From assembly GCA_000806115.1 (NCBI GenBank), contig JWKQ01000002.1:256815-320814 (forward strand): a stretch of 64,000 bases of DNA, read 5' to 3'. Of this stretch, positions 48,248-56,433 are shown one piece after another. Source of the DNA: an archaeon GW2011_AR5 (GTDB lineage Archaea > Aenigmatarchaeota > Aenigmatarchaeia > GW2011-AR5). The notes beneath the pieces were generated by a model, which saw nothing but the letters and a program-made list of their open reading frames with translations, did no database searches and was not told the DNA's origin. The position numbers and the translations under genes are program-made. Each line of letters starts with the position of its first letter. Position 1 is the stretch's first letter.

Positions 48248-48355
48248 GACTCGCACCTGATTACTATTGGCTCTGCGGGGTATTTATTGGTTATTTTTGC
48301 TTTTTGTGAACGAAAGTGAGCTAAAATAATGCGCTTCTTTTTCCGGGAAAAATGC

Positions 48356-48826
48356 TCACTTGCTGTTTCCGGCTATGAAGTACACCGCAATTGCCATTAT
48401 TATGATTATGAAGATTATGCCTATGACGGCGTCGCTCACTACGACGCTGAAGCCGCCCATGGCGATGAAAAATACTATTATCCCTATGCCCACAAGTATC
48501 GCGGCGACGCCCTTGTTGTCGAAGAACTTGCCTATCGAGCCTCCGGACATTGTTATGAACAGGACTATGACCAGGAGTCCGGCTATTATAATCGCGGCGT
48601 AGCCGAAGAGGTTCACGAAGAAGCCCGCCAGCCACGGCCCCCCGAAGCCCACTACGAAGAAGGCAAGCACCAGCGAAATCACGCCGACTATCTTGGTGTC
48701 CTCGAAGAATTTTGCCTTTGCAAGCAGGCCGTAAGTCACGGCGAACATGAATATCCACGGAAGCAGGAACCCGAAGAAGCCCAGGGCATTCAGGTTAGCG
48801 ACTAAAATCGAGAAGGGGTCTGCCAT
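48356..48826 (-). CDS. Multi-pass membrane protein (paralog 1)
   Basis: FLLPWIFMFAVTYGLL motif, five TMs. Confidence 0.8.
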   Translation of the reverse strand: MADPFSILVANLNALGFFGFLLPWIFMFAVTYGLLAKAKFFEDTKIVGVISLVLAFFVVGFGGPWLAGFFVNLFGYAAIIIAGLLVIVLFITMSGGSIGKFFDNKGVAAILVGIGIIVFFIAMGGFSVVVSDAVIGIIFIIIIMAIAVYFIAGNSK

Positions 48827-48876
48827 TGATATCAGTTGTTATTATTCCTGTCGGCGAATAAATAGTTTCGCTTGTT

Positions 48877-49443
48877 TCAGGTTTTATAGACGTAGACTTT
48901 CTCCTTTTCGAACTCTTTTGCCGGCTTCATTGTCGGAAATTTTATCCTGTAGCAGATTATGGTTTTGCCGCGGAGCTTTTTCATTCGGGGTTCCAGTTTC
49001 TCGAGCGTCTTGTTCGGCAGGTAGCAGAATATTATGTCCGCTCCGGAAAGGTCCGCCTTGTAGAAGCTGGTTCTCAATATCCTTGCGTTCCTGACGCCTC
49101 TAATCTTCAGCCTTGCAGTGCTGAACAGCCATTTTAGCGGGTCGATTTCAATGCCTACGGATGTGAAGCCAGCTTTTGCGACAGCTTCCACTACCCTGGC
49201 GTCGCCTGAGCCGATGTCATAGAAAGCGCCGTTCCTTGCTTTGACTTCCCTGATTACCCGTTCAACAGCCTTGGCTTCGGTAGGCGTCCAGTAGGAGCCG
49301 AAAAATGAAGGGACATAGACTGAGCACGCCACCACGAAGAGAACAAGCATCGGTACGCCGGCATAGGTTCCCCAGTTTGCAAGAAGCAGGATGAATAAAA
49401 CAAACAGAAGAAAGACGATTTTGGCACGGAATGTGGATATCAT
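48877..49443 (-). CDS. Membrane-anchored class I SAM-dependent methyltransferase
   Basis: N-terminal TMs; FYDIGSGDARV, GIEIDP, ADIIFCYL. Confidence 0.85.
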   Translation of the reverse strand: MISTFRAKIVFLLFVLFILLLANWGTYAGVPMLVLFVVACSVYVPSFFGSYWTPTEAKAVERVIREVKARNGAFYDIGSGDARVVEAVAKAGFTSVGIEIDPLKWLFSTARLKIRGVRNARILRTSFYKADLSGADIIFCYLPNKTLEKLEPRMKKLRGKTIICYRIKFPTMKPAKEFEKEKVYVYKT

Positions 49444-49457
49444 AATAAAGAAAAACT

Positions 49458-49958
49458 CTAAGCTTTCTTGGCTTCGCTCGCTGCACCATCAGGCTTTGTT
49501 ATGAGCCATACCGCAATTACTATGATTATCAGCCAGAAGGCAAGCGCCGCCACGCTCGAGTCAAGGTATACCTGGCCGACGAACGTGCCTGTGGAGCCGA
49601 GGAACAGCATTACTCCTATGAGAATCACTATTCCTACATATATCATTCCCTGACCCAGCTTCTTTTCATACCCAATCAATGCTAGGAACAGGATAATCAC
49701 AAGTATTCCTGCGAGGTACACCGACGCACCGCCGAACAGATTAATGAAGAAAGCTGCTAGTTGAGGTCCTGCCGCGCCTGTCACGAAGAAGGCTATTACG
49801 AATGAAAGCGCAAGATTAATTTTATCAGACTTCTTGTCTCCGAAAAGACCAAGTTTCGAAAGCAGTCCGTAAACGATTGCGAAAGTAAAAAGCCAAGGCA
49901 GAAGGAATCCGTAGAATTCCGGGCCGAGTATTGAAGCAGGGTTAAGCGAGAATGCCAT
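49458..49958 (-). CDS. Multi-pass membrane protein (paralog 2)
   Basis: FLLPWLFTFAIVYGLL motif. Confidence 0.8.
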   Translation of the reverse strand: MAFSLNPASILGPEFYGFLLPWLFTFAIVYGLLSKLGLFGDKKSDKINLALSFVIAFFVTGAAGPQLAAFFINLFGGASVYLAGILVIILFLALIGYEKKLGQGMIYVGIVILIGVMLFLGSTGTFVGQVYLDSSVAALAFWLIIIVIAVWLITKPDGAASEAKKA

Positions 49959-49997
49959 TTTGATTCACTTCTTATTATTTGATTGCGGGTGGTATAT

Positions 49998-50062
49998 GTT
50001 CAAAGAACAAAGTTCTTTGGCATAACTGAAGCAATTTAATTATTCTATTGGGTTGCTTCAGT
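49998..50062. repeat. Palindromic element H
   Basis: CAAAGAAC-AAA-GTTCTTTG and ACTGAAGCAA/TTGCTTCAGT. Confidence 0.6.
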
Positions 50063-50106
50063 ATATATACGTTTTCTCGCCGATTTTCGCATTACGATGA
50101 AATCAC

Positions 50107-50568
50107 TCAGTCTCCTGTCTTGTAGACAAGCCAGAAGAACAGCAGCACGAACACGATGCCGACGCCCCACAGCACGACAGACGCGTCGAAGTTGCCGGGC
50201 AGGAACGCGAGGAACACGTCGGCAAAAGCGATTAGCAACAGGAACAATATGGCTATGACAACTATGAGCGGGAAGTAGTCTTTCGCTTGTTTGCTGTCCT
50301 TGCCCTCAAATATCTTCTTGACGAGCGCGAGGAAGAAAACGATAATCAACACGCTCGCTGCGATAGGTATGTACTGGCTCAGCGTAACCACTAGTGGCTC
50401 ATACAATACTGAGAACCCTGCTATGGCAAGCGCAAGAAGCGCATTGACACGCTTGTTGAAGTCGCCGACCTTGCTGTAGGAGAGCAGCCCGAATATCAAT
50501 GCAAAGACGAAAAGGAACGTGGAAAAGTAGGGAACCCATGCAGGGTCGATTAATGTTATTGTTGCCAT
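50107..50568 (-). CDS. Multi-pass membrane protein (paralog 3)
   Basis: FLFVFALIFGLL...NALLALAIA motif. Confidence 0.78.
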   Translation of the reverse strand: MATITLIDPAWVPYFSTFLFVFALIFGLLSYSKVGDFNKRVNALLALAIAGFSVLYEPLVVTLSQYIPIAASVLIIVFFLALVKKIFEGKDSKQAKDYFPLIVVIAILFLLLIAFADVFLAFLPGNFDASVVLWGVGIVFVLLFFWLVYKTGD

Positions 50569-50580
50569 GAATATTACCGT

Positions 50581-51225
50581 TTAATCCAGCCTGTCCTCTA
50601 TTCTCTGACGCTCGTCTATAAGCCTGTCAAGCGTCTCATTGAGGCGCCCTATATCACCCGTGCCTGACTTGCTATGGGCGCGTTCTATGTTCTTTTCCGT
50701 GCTTGCTATTCTTCTGTCTATGTCATGCAGCCGTTCTTTCAGGTATTTTCTCTCTGTGGGGCTGAGGGTCTTTGGAACACCGATAAGATGTCTGAGCTTC
50801 TTGTCGCCATGATCCACGTCATCATCATCTTGGTATCTTGATGCTCTGTTTCCGCCGCGCGAATATCCCCCGCCTTCGCCACGAGAGTATCCGCCGGCGC
50901 TGGGCCTGAAGTGGCGTGCGAGATAGCCGAGCACGCCGAGTATGAATATCAGGAATATGAAGTAGGGTCCTGAAAGCAAGGCGAAGAACGAATAATAACC
51001 GCCTGCTATGATAAAGAGGTACGCGCCCACGCCGAGCATTATGCGGAATTTCTTGTCAGGTATGATGCGCCCCGACATTATGTACAGCACCATTATTATG
51101 AAGATGGTGGGCACTATCAGGAACATTATCAGGTCCCTGTAGATGTTGCCGGTGAAAGGCTGGCCGGGATACTGCGACATTCCGAGAAGTTGTGCAAAAA
51201 TCATGTAGCCGATATCTTCTATCAT
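50581..51225 (-). CDS. Membrane protein with GGYSRG repeats and C-terminal coiled coil
   Basis: Three TMs, GGYSRGEGGGYSRGG, heptad tail. Confidence 0.75.
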   Translation of the reverse strand: MIEDIGYMIFAQLLGMSQYPGQPFTGNIYRDLIMFLIVPTIFIIMVLYIMSGRIIPDKKFRIMLGVGAYLFIIAGGYYSFFALLSGPYFIFLIFILGVLGYLARHFRPSAGGYSRGEGGGYSRGGNRASRYQDDDDVDHGDKKLRHLIGVPKTLSPTERKYLKERLHDIDRRIASTEKNIERAHSKSGTGDIGRLNETLDRLIDERQRIEDRLD

Positions 51226-51278
51226 TAATTAACTATGGTTGAAGGTTGAATAAAAAGATAATGCGAAAATGGAAAGAA

Positions 51279-51956
51279 TTAAGCAGTCATGCGAAGTTCT
51301 CTCATGGCGCGTTCTGCAAATGTGTCGAGCACTTCCCTGTCTCCTCTTGCATAAGCCGCCGCCATCTGGACTTCGAGAGGTCTTATTACCCTGTCGGCTC
51401 TTTTGTCATGTTCTATGCCATGCTTCAGTCTAAGGTGTTTTCCAAGGGCTTCGTGCGCTTTTACGCGCATGGCGTCTAGCCCATAAAGGTTTTCATTCAC
51501 GAAAGTGTTATAGCCGTGCTCAAGCCCGTCGCGCTCGGGCGCTCTCAGTCCCAGTGCCCAGCCTTTGTTTAGAATGTCTTTTTCAGAAAGCTCTATCTGC
51601 CTGTATCCGTGCTTTGCCATGTCTCTGAGCAGGTTCCTTTCCGCCATCTCGTAAGTGGGCATCCCGTTTCCTATTGCAAAATCCCCTCTTGAGTACGTAC
51701 CAGGAGCAGGAGGAAGCGTTGCAGGCCTTTCGCCTTGAGTGCCCTCGCGCTCTTTAGGAATAGCCTCATAGTGAGGAGTAATAACTCTTGCAACTTTTCT
51801 AAGCATTTTATAGGCGGAAGTCTTTGCTATTATTTCAGGTATGTATATCTCGACCTGTCCGTCTGTCTCGCCACGTTTTGTTTCCTCGATTGAAGGAGCT
51901 ATAGTGTAGCCTTCCAATGTTCCGCCTTTTTGGAATATTGATTTGGGTCTCGCCAT
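51279..51956 (-). CDS. Hypothetical protein with possible metal-binding HE motif
   Basis: AHEALGKH...HGIEHD; AGGTG RBS and TATA upstream. Confidence 0.6.
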   Translation of the reverse strand: MARPKSIFQKGGTLEGYTIAPSIEETKRGETDGQVEIYIPEIIAKTSAYKMLRKVARVITPHYEAIPKEREGTQGERPATLPPAPGTYSRGDFAIGNGMPTYEMAERNLLRDMAKHGYRQIELSEKDILNKGWALGLRAPERDGLEHGYNTFVNENLYGLDAMRVKAHEALGKHLRLKHGIEHDKRADRVIRPLEVQMAAAYARGDREVLDTFAERAMRELRMTA

Positions 51957-52034
51957 ACATTACACCTGTATACTATATGGTTCGGACCCCTATATATAGT
52001 TTTTCACTACTTAAGGGTAACAGTAATGCTGAGG

Positions 52035-52577
52035 CTAGCCCTTGTTGAAGAACTTGCCGTCAGCCATGCTGTCCCTTATTCCACTGAGCTCGCCGCGTCC
52101 TCCGAGCCTTGTTATCCATTTCACGGGCCCGTAGTAGCTGAACAAGCCGTTTGACATCCTGTTGACTGAAACTTCTATTTTACCTGTCATTCTGTTTACA
52201 TAGTGGAAACTGCCGTCGCTTTGCTCTTGTGGAACCAAGTATACCATCTCGTCGCCCGGGTCGTGCGCCTGAGCTTTGGATTCGCTCTTGCCGAAGCTGT
52301 CGTAGAACGCCATCGCGAACGTGTATTTCGTGCGGTCGTCTATGTTGGACTTGAACAGGCTTTTCAGCTGGCTGTTGCTGCCGTAGCCTGAGCTGTCCAG
52401 CCAACTTGCCAGTTTGTCGCCGTATGACGATTTGTAAGACTGGCGTTCTTGGCTGCCTGAATTATACCCGTACGTACTACTGTTTGTGCTTTGCCTGTAA
52501 TCGGGCTTTGAAGTGTCCGCTCCTGCTGCGAGGGCCGCTGAGAGCAGTCCGGCGGCGACTTTTTTCCACATCTCCAT
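52035..52577 (-). CDS. Secreted hypothetical protein
   Basis: Signal-like KKVAAGLLSAALAAGA; Ser/Tyr-rich. Confidence 0.6.
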   Translation of the reverse strand: MEMWKKVAAGLLSAALAAGADTSKPDYRQSTNSSTYGYNSGSQERQSYKSSYGDKLASWLDSSGYGSNSQLKSLFKSNIDDRTKYTFAMAFYDSFGKSESKAQAHDPGDEMVYLVPQEQSDGSFHYVNRMTGKIEVSVNRMSNGLFSYYGPVKWITRLGGRGELSGIRDSMADGKFFNKG

Positions 52578-52579
52578 AT

Positions 52580-52771
52580 CTACCGCCTCTCGTAAGCAGT
52601 CTGCAGCTTTGTCTGGTATCTGACCGGCTGGGCAGCCTGCCTGTTTATTGTTATCCTAGAAGGAATCTGGCCATGAGCTCTTTGAAGGTGTCTCACGAAT
52701 CTGTAAAGCTGGTCGCATGTGGTAGCGTGATTCAGGTAATTGTAACAAGCCATTCTTTTCATTTTTAACAC
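52580..52771 (-). CDS. Hypothetical small protein
   Basis: 63-aa ORF co-oriented and abutting the next gene. Confidence 0.4.
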   Translation of the reverse strand: MLKMKRMACYNYLNHATTCDQLYRFVRHLQRAHGQIPSRITINRQAAQPVRYQTKLQTAYERR

Positions 52772-53090
52772 CTTTTCGCATTTTCATTGAGTTGACCTCG
52801 TACCAATTCGGTCTTTTAACCACGGTATAAACATTTGGTTACTTCAAAAAATGGAATTCACAACCGATTCTATAGAGAATTCCTGGTCCAAAGAGGAGTA
52901 AAAGTAAGAAAATTAGTATATTAAAATTTACTTTTAAAAAATTTGTAAAACTTTATATATAAGAGTAAGATATAGTAATAGAAAGCGGAAAATGCAGGCT
53001 GTCTACCTGCAGCCCGGGAACCACACCTCCCGATTTTCCGCCGTTTTTTATTTTTTCAGGAGTCGCTTCTTTGGGATTGATGGCCGTCAG

Positions 53091-53312
53091 ATGATTGTTA
53101 TGGAAACAACGATTTCGTCAAAGGGACAGCTGGTGATTCCGAAGTACCTGCGCGACGCGCTCGGCCTGAAGCCCGGAAGCATCGTCATGATAACAAAAGT
53201 GGAGAACAAGCTGATTCTTGTGCCGAAGCCGGAAGATCCTGTGAAAGGACTGGTTGAAGCCGGGCAGCATATCGCCATGAAGAACATACGGCGCCACATA
53301 AAAGAAGAATAG
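53091..53312 (+). CDS. AbrB/MazE-type antitoxin
   Basis: TTISSKGQLVIPKYLRDALGLKPGS. Confidence 0.9.
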   Translation: MIVMETTISSKGQLVIPKYLRDALGLKPGSIVMITKVENKLILVPKPEDPVKGLVEAGQHIAMKNIRRHIKEE

Positions 53313-53357
53313 CACCGATCTTTTTCTTGGAAGAAAAAGCTAGGTATCCCAAAAAGA
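53313..53357. repeat. Palindromic element I between antitoxin and toxin genes
   Basis: CTTTTTCTT-GG-AAGAAAAAG; 53325-53347 is the exact reverse complement of 32235-32257. Confidence 0.7.
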
Positions 53358-53378
53358 ACATATTACAAAGGTGAAATC

Positions 53379-53801
53379 ATGCCTGAAAAAGGAAAGATTT
53401 ATCTCGACACGTTCGTCTTCATGGATATCCTTTCCGGCGGGGAAGACAGCAAAAAAGCCGAATTTTATCTTAACAAAATGAAAGAGCAGAAGTGCGTTGT
53501 TTCGTCAATTCTTTTCGCAGAGCTGGCATTCCACCTCAAGCGGAAGCGCGGCAAGGAGAAGACGGCGGAAATCCTTCTCTACATCAGTTCGCTGCCGAAT
53601 CTCGAGATTGTGCCGGTTACGATGGAAATAGCAAAGACGGCGGGCATGCTCCGCGCTCATTACTCGAAGCGCATACCCAAGAAGCTTACATATTTTGATT
53701 CAATACATATAGCGACTGCGATGGCTAGCGACTGTGATAAGTTTGTCACAGGCGACCGCGGATTTAGAGATGTGAAAGAAGTTGAGATGGAGATATATTG
53801 A
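53379..53801 (+). CDS. vapC: PIN-domain (VapC-like) toxin
   Basis: IYLDT, S.I...EL, FDSIHIATA, FVTGD.GF; downstream of AbrB. Confidence 0.88.
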   Translation: MPEKGKIYLDTFVFMDILSGGEDSKKAEFYLNKMKEQKCVVSSILFAELAFHLKRKRGKEKTAEILLYISSLPNLEIVPVTMEIAKTAGMLRAHYSKRIPKKLTYFDSIHIATAMASDCDKFVTGDRGFRDVKEVEMEIY

Positions 53802-54511
53802 TGCTTAATCCGAAAAAGCGCGAAGCTCTCACTGCGAAGAAAATTCTTGATTTGTACAAGGAGGGACGCCGGGACTTCTCGGGAATAATATGCCAAAACG
53901 ATTCCTTTGACAACTTTGACCTGAAAGGAATAATATTCAAAAAAGCCGACCTCAGCTATTGCAGCTTTTACGGCACGAATCTCGAGGGCGCAGATTTCAG
54001 CGAAGCCCAGCTCGAATGGACGGGCTTCATCAGGGCGAACCTGAAGCGCGCCAGCTTCGAAAAGGCGCGCGCGACATGGTCAAGGTTTAATGAAAGTCTG
54101 CTGGAAAAAACAAATTTCAGGGGCGCAGATTTGTCATGGACGCTTTTCTTCAACACGAACCTATACGGAGGTGCGGAACTGACGGGCGCGATAACCGCCA
54201 CCGTCGCCACAGATCCGTCTCAGATAACGGCAGAAGGCATGTCAAAGCTCGCGGAGAAGCTTGGGAGCATGAAAGGAAAGATGGATCCCGAACTTTTGAC
54301 GCGTCTACAGTTAATCGCAAGTTCGACAAAAGAAAAAACAGGAAAGGAAGGGGAACCGGCGAGGATGGAAAAATACGGGCATAAGACTTCAGACACTTAC
54401 TCTGCAAAAGGCGGCGCTCAGGGAGATTATCACGGCAACGGCGCGAAAGGCGTTGAATACGGCGCAGCGGGTTACACAGGCAAAAAGAAGAAAAAGGACG
54501 CTTACGAATAG
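53801..54511 (+). CDS. Pentapeptide repeat protein
   Basis: EGRRDFSG start, ADLS/TNLEGADFSEA repeats; TGATG coupled to vapC. Confidence 0.88.
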   Translation: MLNPKKREALTAKKILDLYKEGRRDFSGIICQNDSFDNFDLKGIIFKKADLSYCSFYGTNLEGADFSEAQLEWTGFIRANLKRASFEKARATWSRFNESLLEKTNFRGADLSWTLFFNTNLYGGAELTGAITATVATDPSQITAEGMSKLAEKLGSMKGKMDPELLTRLQLIASSTKEKTGKEGEPARMEKYGHKTSDTYSAKGGAQGDYHGNGAKGVEYGAAGYTGKKKKKDAYE

Positions 54512-54587
54512 GACATTTTTCGCTAATTCTGTAGGTTAAATAAAAGCCTTAAAAACCCTGTATACAAGTTATCTTGGGTGAATTTAA

Positions 54588-54743
54588 ATGGCAGCAGATG
54601 GAGCAACATGGGCAGTTGCCGTAGCCTTCGTCTTGCTTGGATTGCTAGGTTTGGCATATCCTGCAGGAGCCAGCGGAGTTAACTGGGTAGTATCCGGTAT
54701 AGTTTCGCTGATAGTTGGCTGGGGAATGAACAGGAAAAAGTAA
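54588..54743 (+). CDS. Small two-TM membrane protein (51 aa)
   Basis: Manual translation MAADGATWAVAVAFVLLGLLGLAYPAGASGVNWVVSGIVSLIVGWGMNRKK; GGTGA RBS; T-rich terminator after. Confidence 0.65.
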   Translation: MAADGATWAVAVAFVLLGLLGLAYPAGASGVNWVVSGIVSLIVGWGMNRKK

Positions 54744-54928
54744 CTGGATAAGTCCAGCAAAAAGGCAAATTTTTTCTTTTTTGTAAATTCTGTTTTCTTT
54801 TGATTATAGATTGATTAGCTTTAGCTGCAAGCAATAAACTAAAACGAAGATATTTTTAGAATGGCAGCTTACCAGGCATGTTCTCTCGTTTCGACAAGAG
54901 CAGTCCCTCTATGTTGTGACATAAGTTC

Positions 54929-55249
54929 TTATGCCCGCCTTACAGCTGCGTGGACATCTCTGGCTGCTTCGTAGTGAGGAACCTTACCCTCGACCCCAGA
55001 ATGGTCGGTTATGGCCGAGCATAAAATTCCGTTCAGCACCTGTCGCCTACCATGTCCGTATCCGTTTTGCGTCCCGCGCGACAGGAATGTCGCGCCCGTT
55101 CCTTCTGCTCGCGGAACACGTTCGTCTTTATACACATGTTCAGCCAGGTCTCTCCATTGCTGTTGATTCAGCAAGTTGTACGGTTCAGATCTTGCAAGCC
55201 TACTGGCAAGCGCTATTTTCATATAATCTGGAAGTTTTTGTCCTTTCAT
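54929..55249 (-). CDS. Hypothetical protein
   Basis: ORF with upstream TTTATAAA box. Confidence 0.5.
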   Translation of the reverse strand: MKGQKLPDYMKIALASRLARSEPYNLLNQQQWRDLAEHVYKDERVPRAEGTGATFLSRGTQNGYGHGRRQVLNGILCSAITDHSGVEGKVPHYEAARDVHAAVRRA

Positions 55250-55345
55250 TTGAATCACTAATAACGATGATGCCAGTCTTTATAAATTTGACTTTTATCT
55301 TTTTCCTACATAGTTCTGGCATGGATTTGGTGATGGGGCGAATAG

Positions 55346-56395
55346 ATGGCAACGATAAAGTCCAGTGAACTGAAAAAAAAGCTTGATTCAGGCGAGAAGC
55401 TCGTGATACTCGATGTCAGGGAGCCCTTCGAGTTTGTCGACTGGCACATACCGGGCGCAATCAATGTCCCTGTCTCGCGCGTAATGAGAAACCCTGAACT
55501 GGACGTTCCAAAAGATTCGGAAATTATAGCTGTCTGCGCCCATGGCATGCGCAGCGCAGCAGCAACACGCTATCTCATAATGGCAGGATTCGAAAATGTC
55601 AGCTCGCTGGAAGGCGGCATGGTGGAATGGAACGGCGTTTACGATGTTGTAAGGATAAACGAAAACGTTCTGCAGATACGCCGCATAGGAAAAGGATGCC
55701 TGGGCTATGTGATTGCCGGCGGCGGCGAAGCCGTGGTAATCGACCCGACAGTCGACATTGATGTTTTCATCAGAGCTGCAGGCGCCAGCAGGATAACGGC
55801 GGTGCTTGATACGCATGCGCACGCCGATCACGCAAGCGGCGGCAGGATGCTTGCGAAGAAGCTTGGCATTCCGTATTATGCGCCAAGTGAGGTGGGCGTC
55901 ACCGAAACGATTTTCGACGGCGATGAAATCCCTTTCGGATCGCTTGCGCTCAAAGCCGTCGCGGCTCCCGGCCACACGCCCGGCAGCTTGGTTTATCATG
56001 TCAATCGCTTTCTCTTCACAGGCGACACGCTCTTTACAGACAGCGTAGGACGCCCTGATCTCGGGCAAGAAGCGGGCGAAGCGTCGCCGGTGCTTTATGA
56101 CACTGTTCAGAAGCTCCTTGCGATGCCTGATAACACGCTCGTACTTCCGGCACATGCTGAAATAGAAAACATAAAGCATGGAACGCCAATAATCGAGGCG
56201 CTTGAAGAAGTTAAGGAGCTTCCGGCGCTCAGGAAGTCGAGGGAAGAATTCGTGCAATGGCTCGCGGGGTTCAGCCGCCCGGCGCCCGAGAACTTCGAGA
56301 TATTGAAAGAATACAACACGGGAAAGATAGTCATAGACTCGATTGACGAGTTCCGAGAGCTCGAGGCGGGCGCCAATCGGTGCGCCGTGAAATAG
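55346..56395 (+). CDS. Rhodanese plus metallo-beta-lactamase fold fusion (persulfide dioxygenase-like)
   Basis: LDVREP.E...HIPGA, CAHGMRS; THAHADH, PGHTPG, FTGDTLF, ELEAGANRCA. Confidence 0.9.
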   Translation: MATIKSSELKKKLDSGEKLVILDVREPFEFVDWHIPGAINVPVSRVMRNPELDVPKDSEIIAVCAHGMRSAAATRYLIMAGFENVSSLEGGMVEWNGVYDVVRINENVLQIRRIGKGCLGYVIAGGGEAVVIDPTVDIDVFIRAAGASRITAVLDTHAHADHASGGRMLAKKLGIPYYAPSEVGVTETIFDGDEIPFGSLALKAVAAPGHTPGSLVYHVNRFLFTGDTLFTDSVGRPDLGQEAGEASPVLYDTVQKLLAMPDNTLVLPAHAEIENIKHGTPIIEALEEVKELPALRKSREEFVQWLAGFSRPAPENFEILKEYNTGKIVIDSIDEFRELEAGANRCAVK

Positions 56396-56433
56396 TTTTT
56401 TCGATTTTTATATGCTAGTTCTCAAGTATTATC

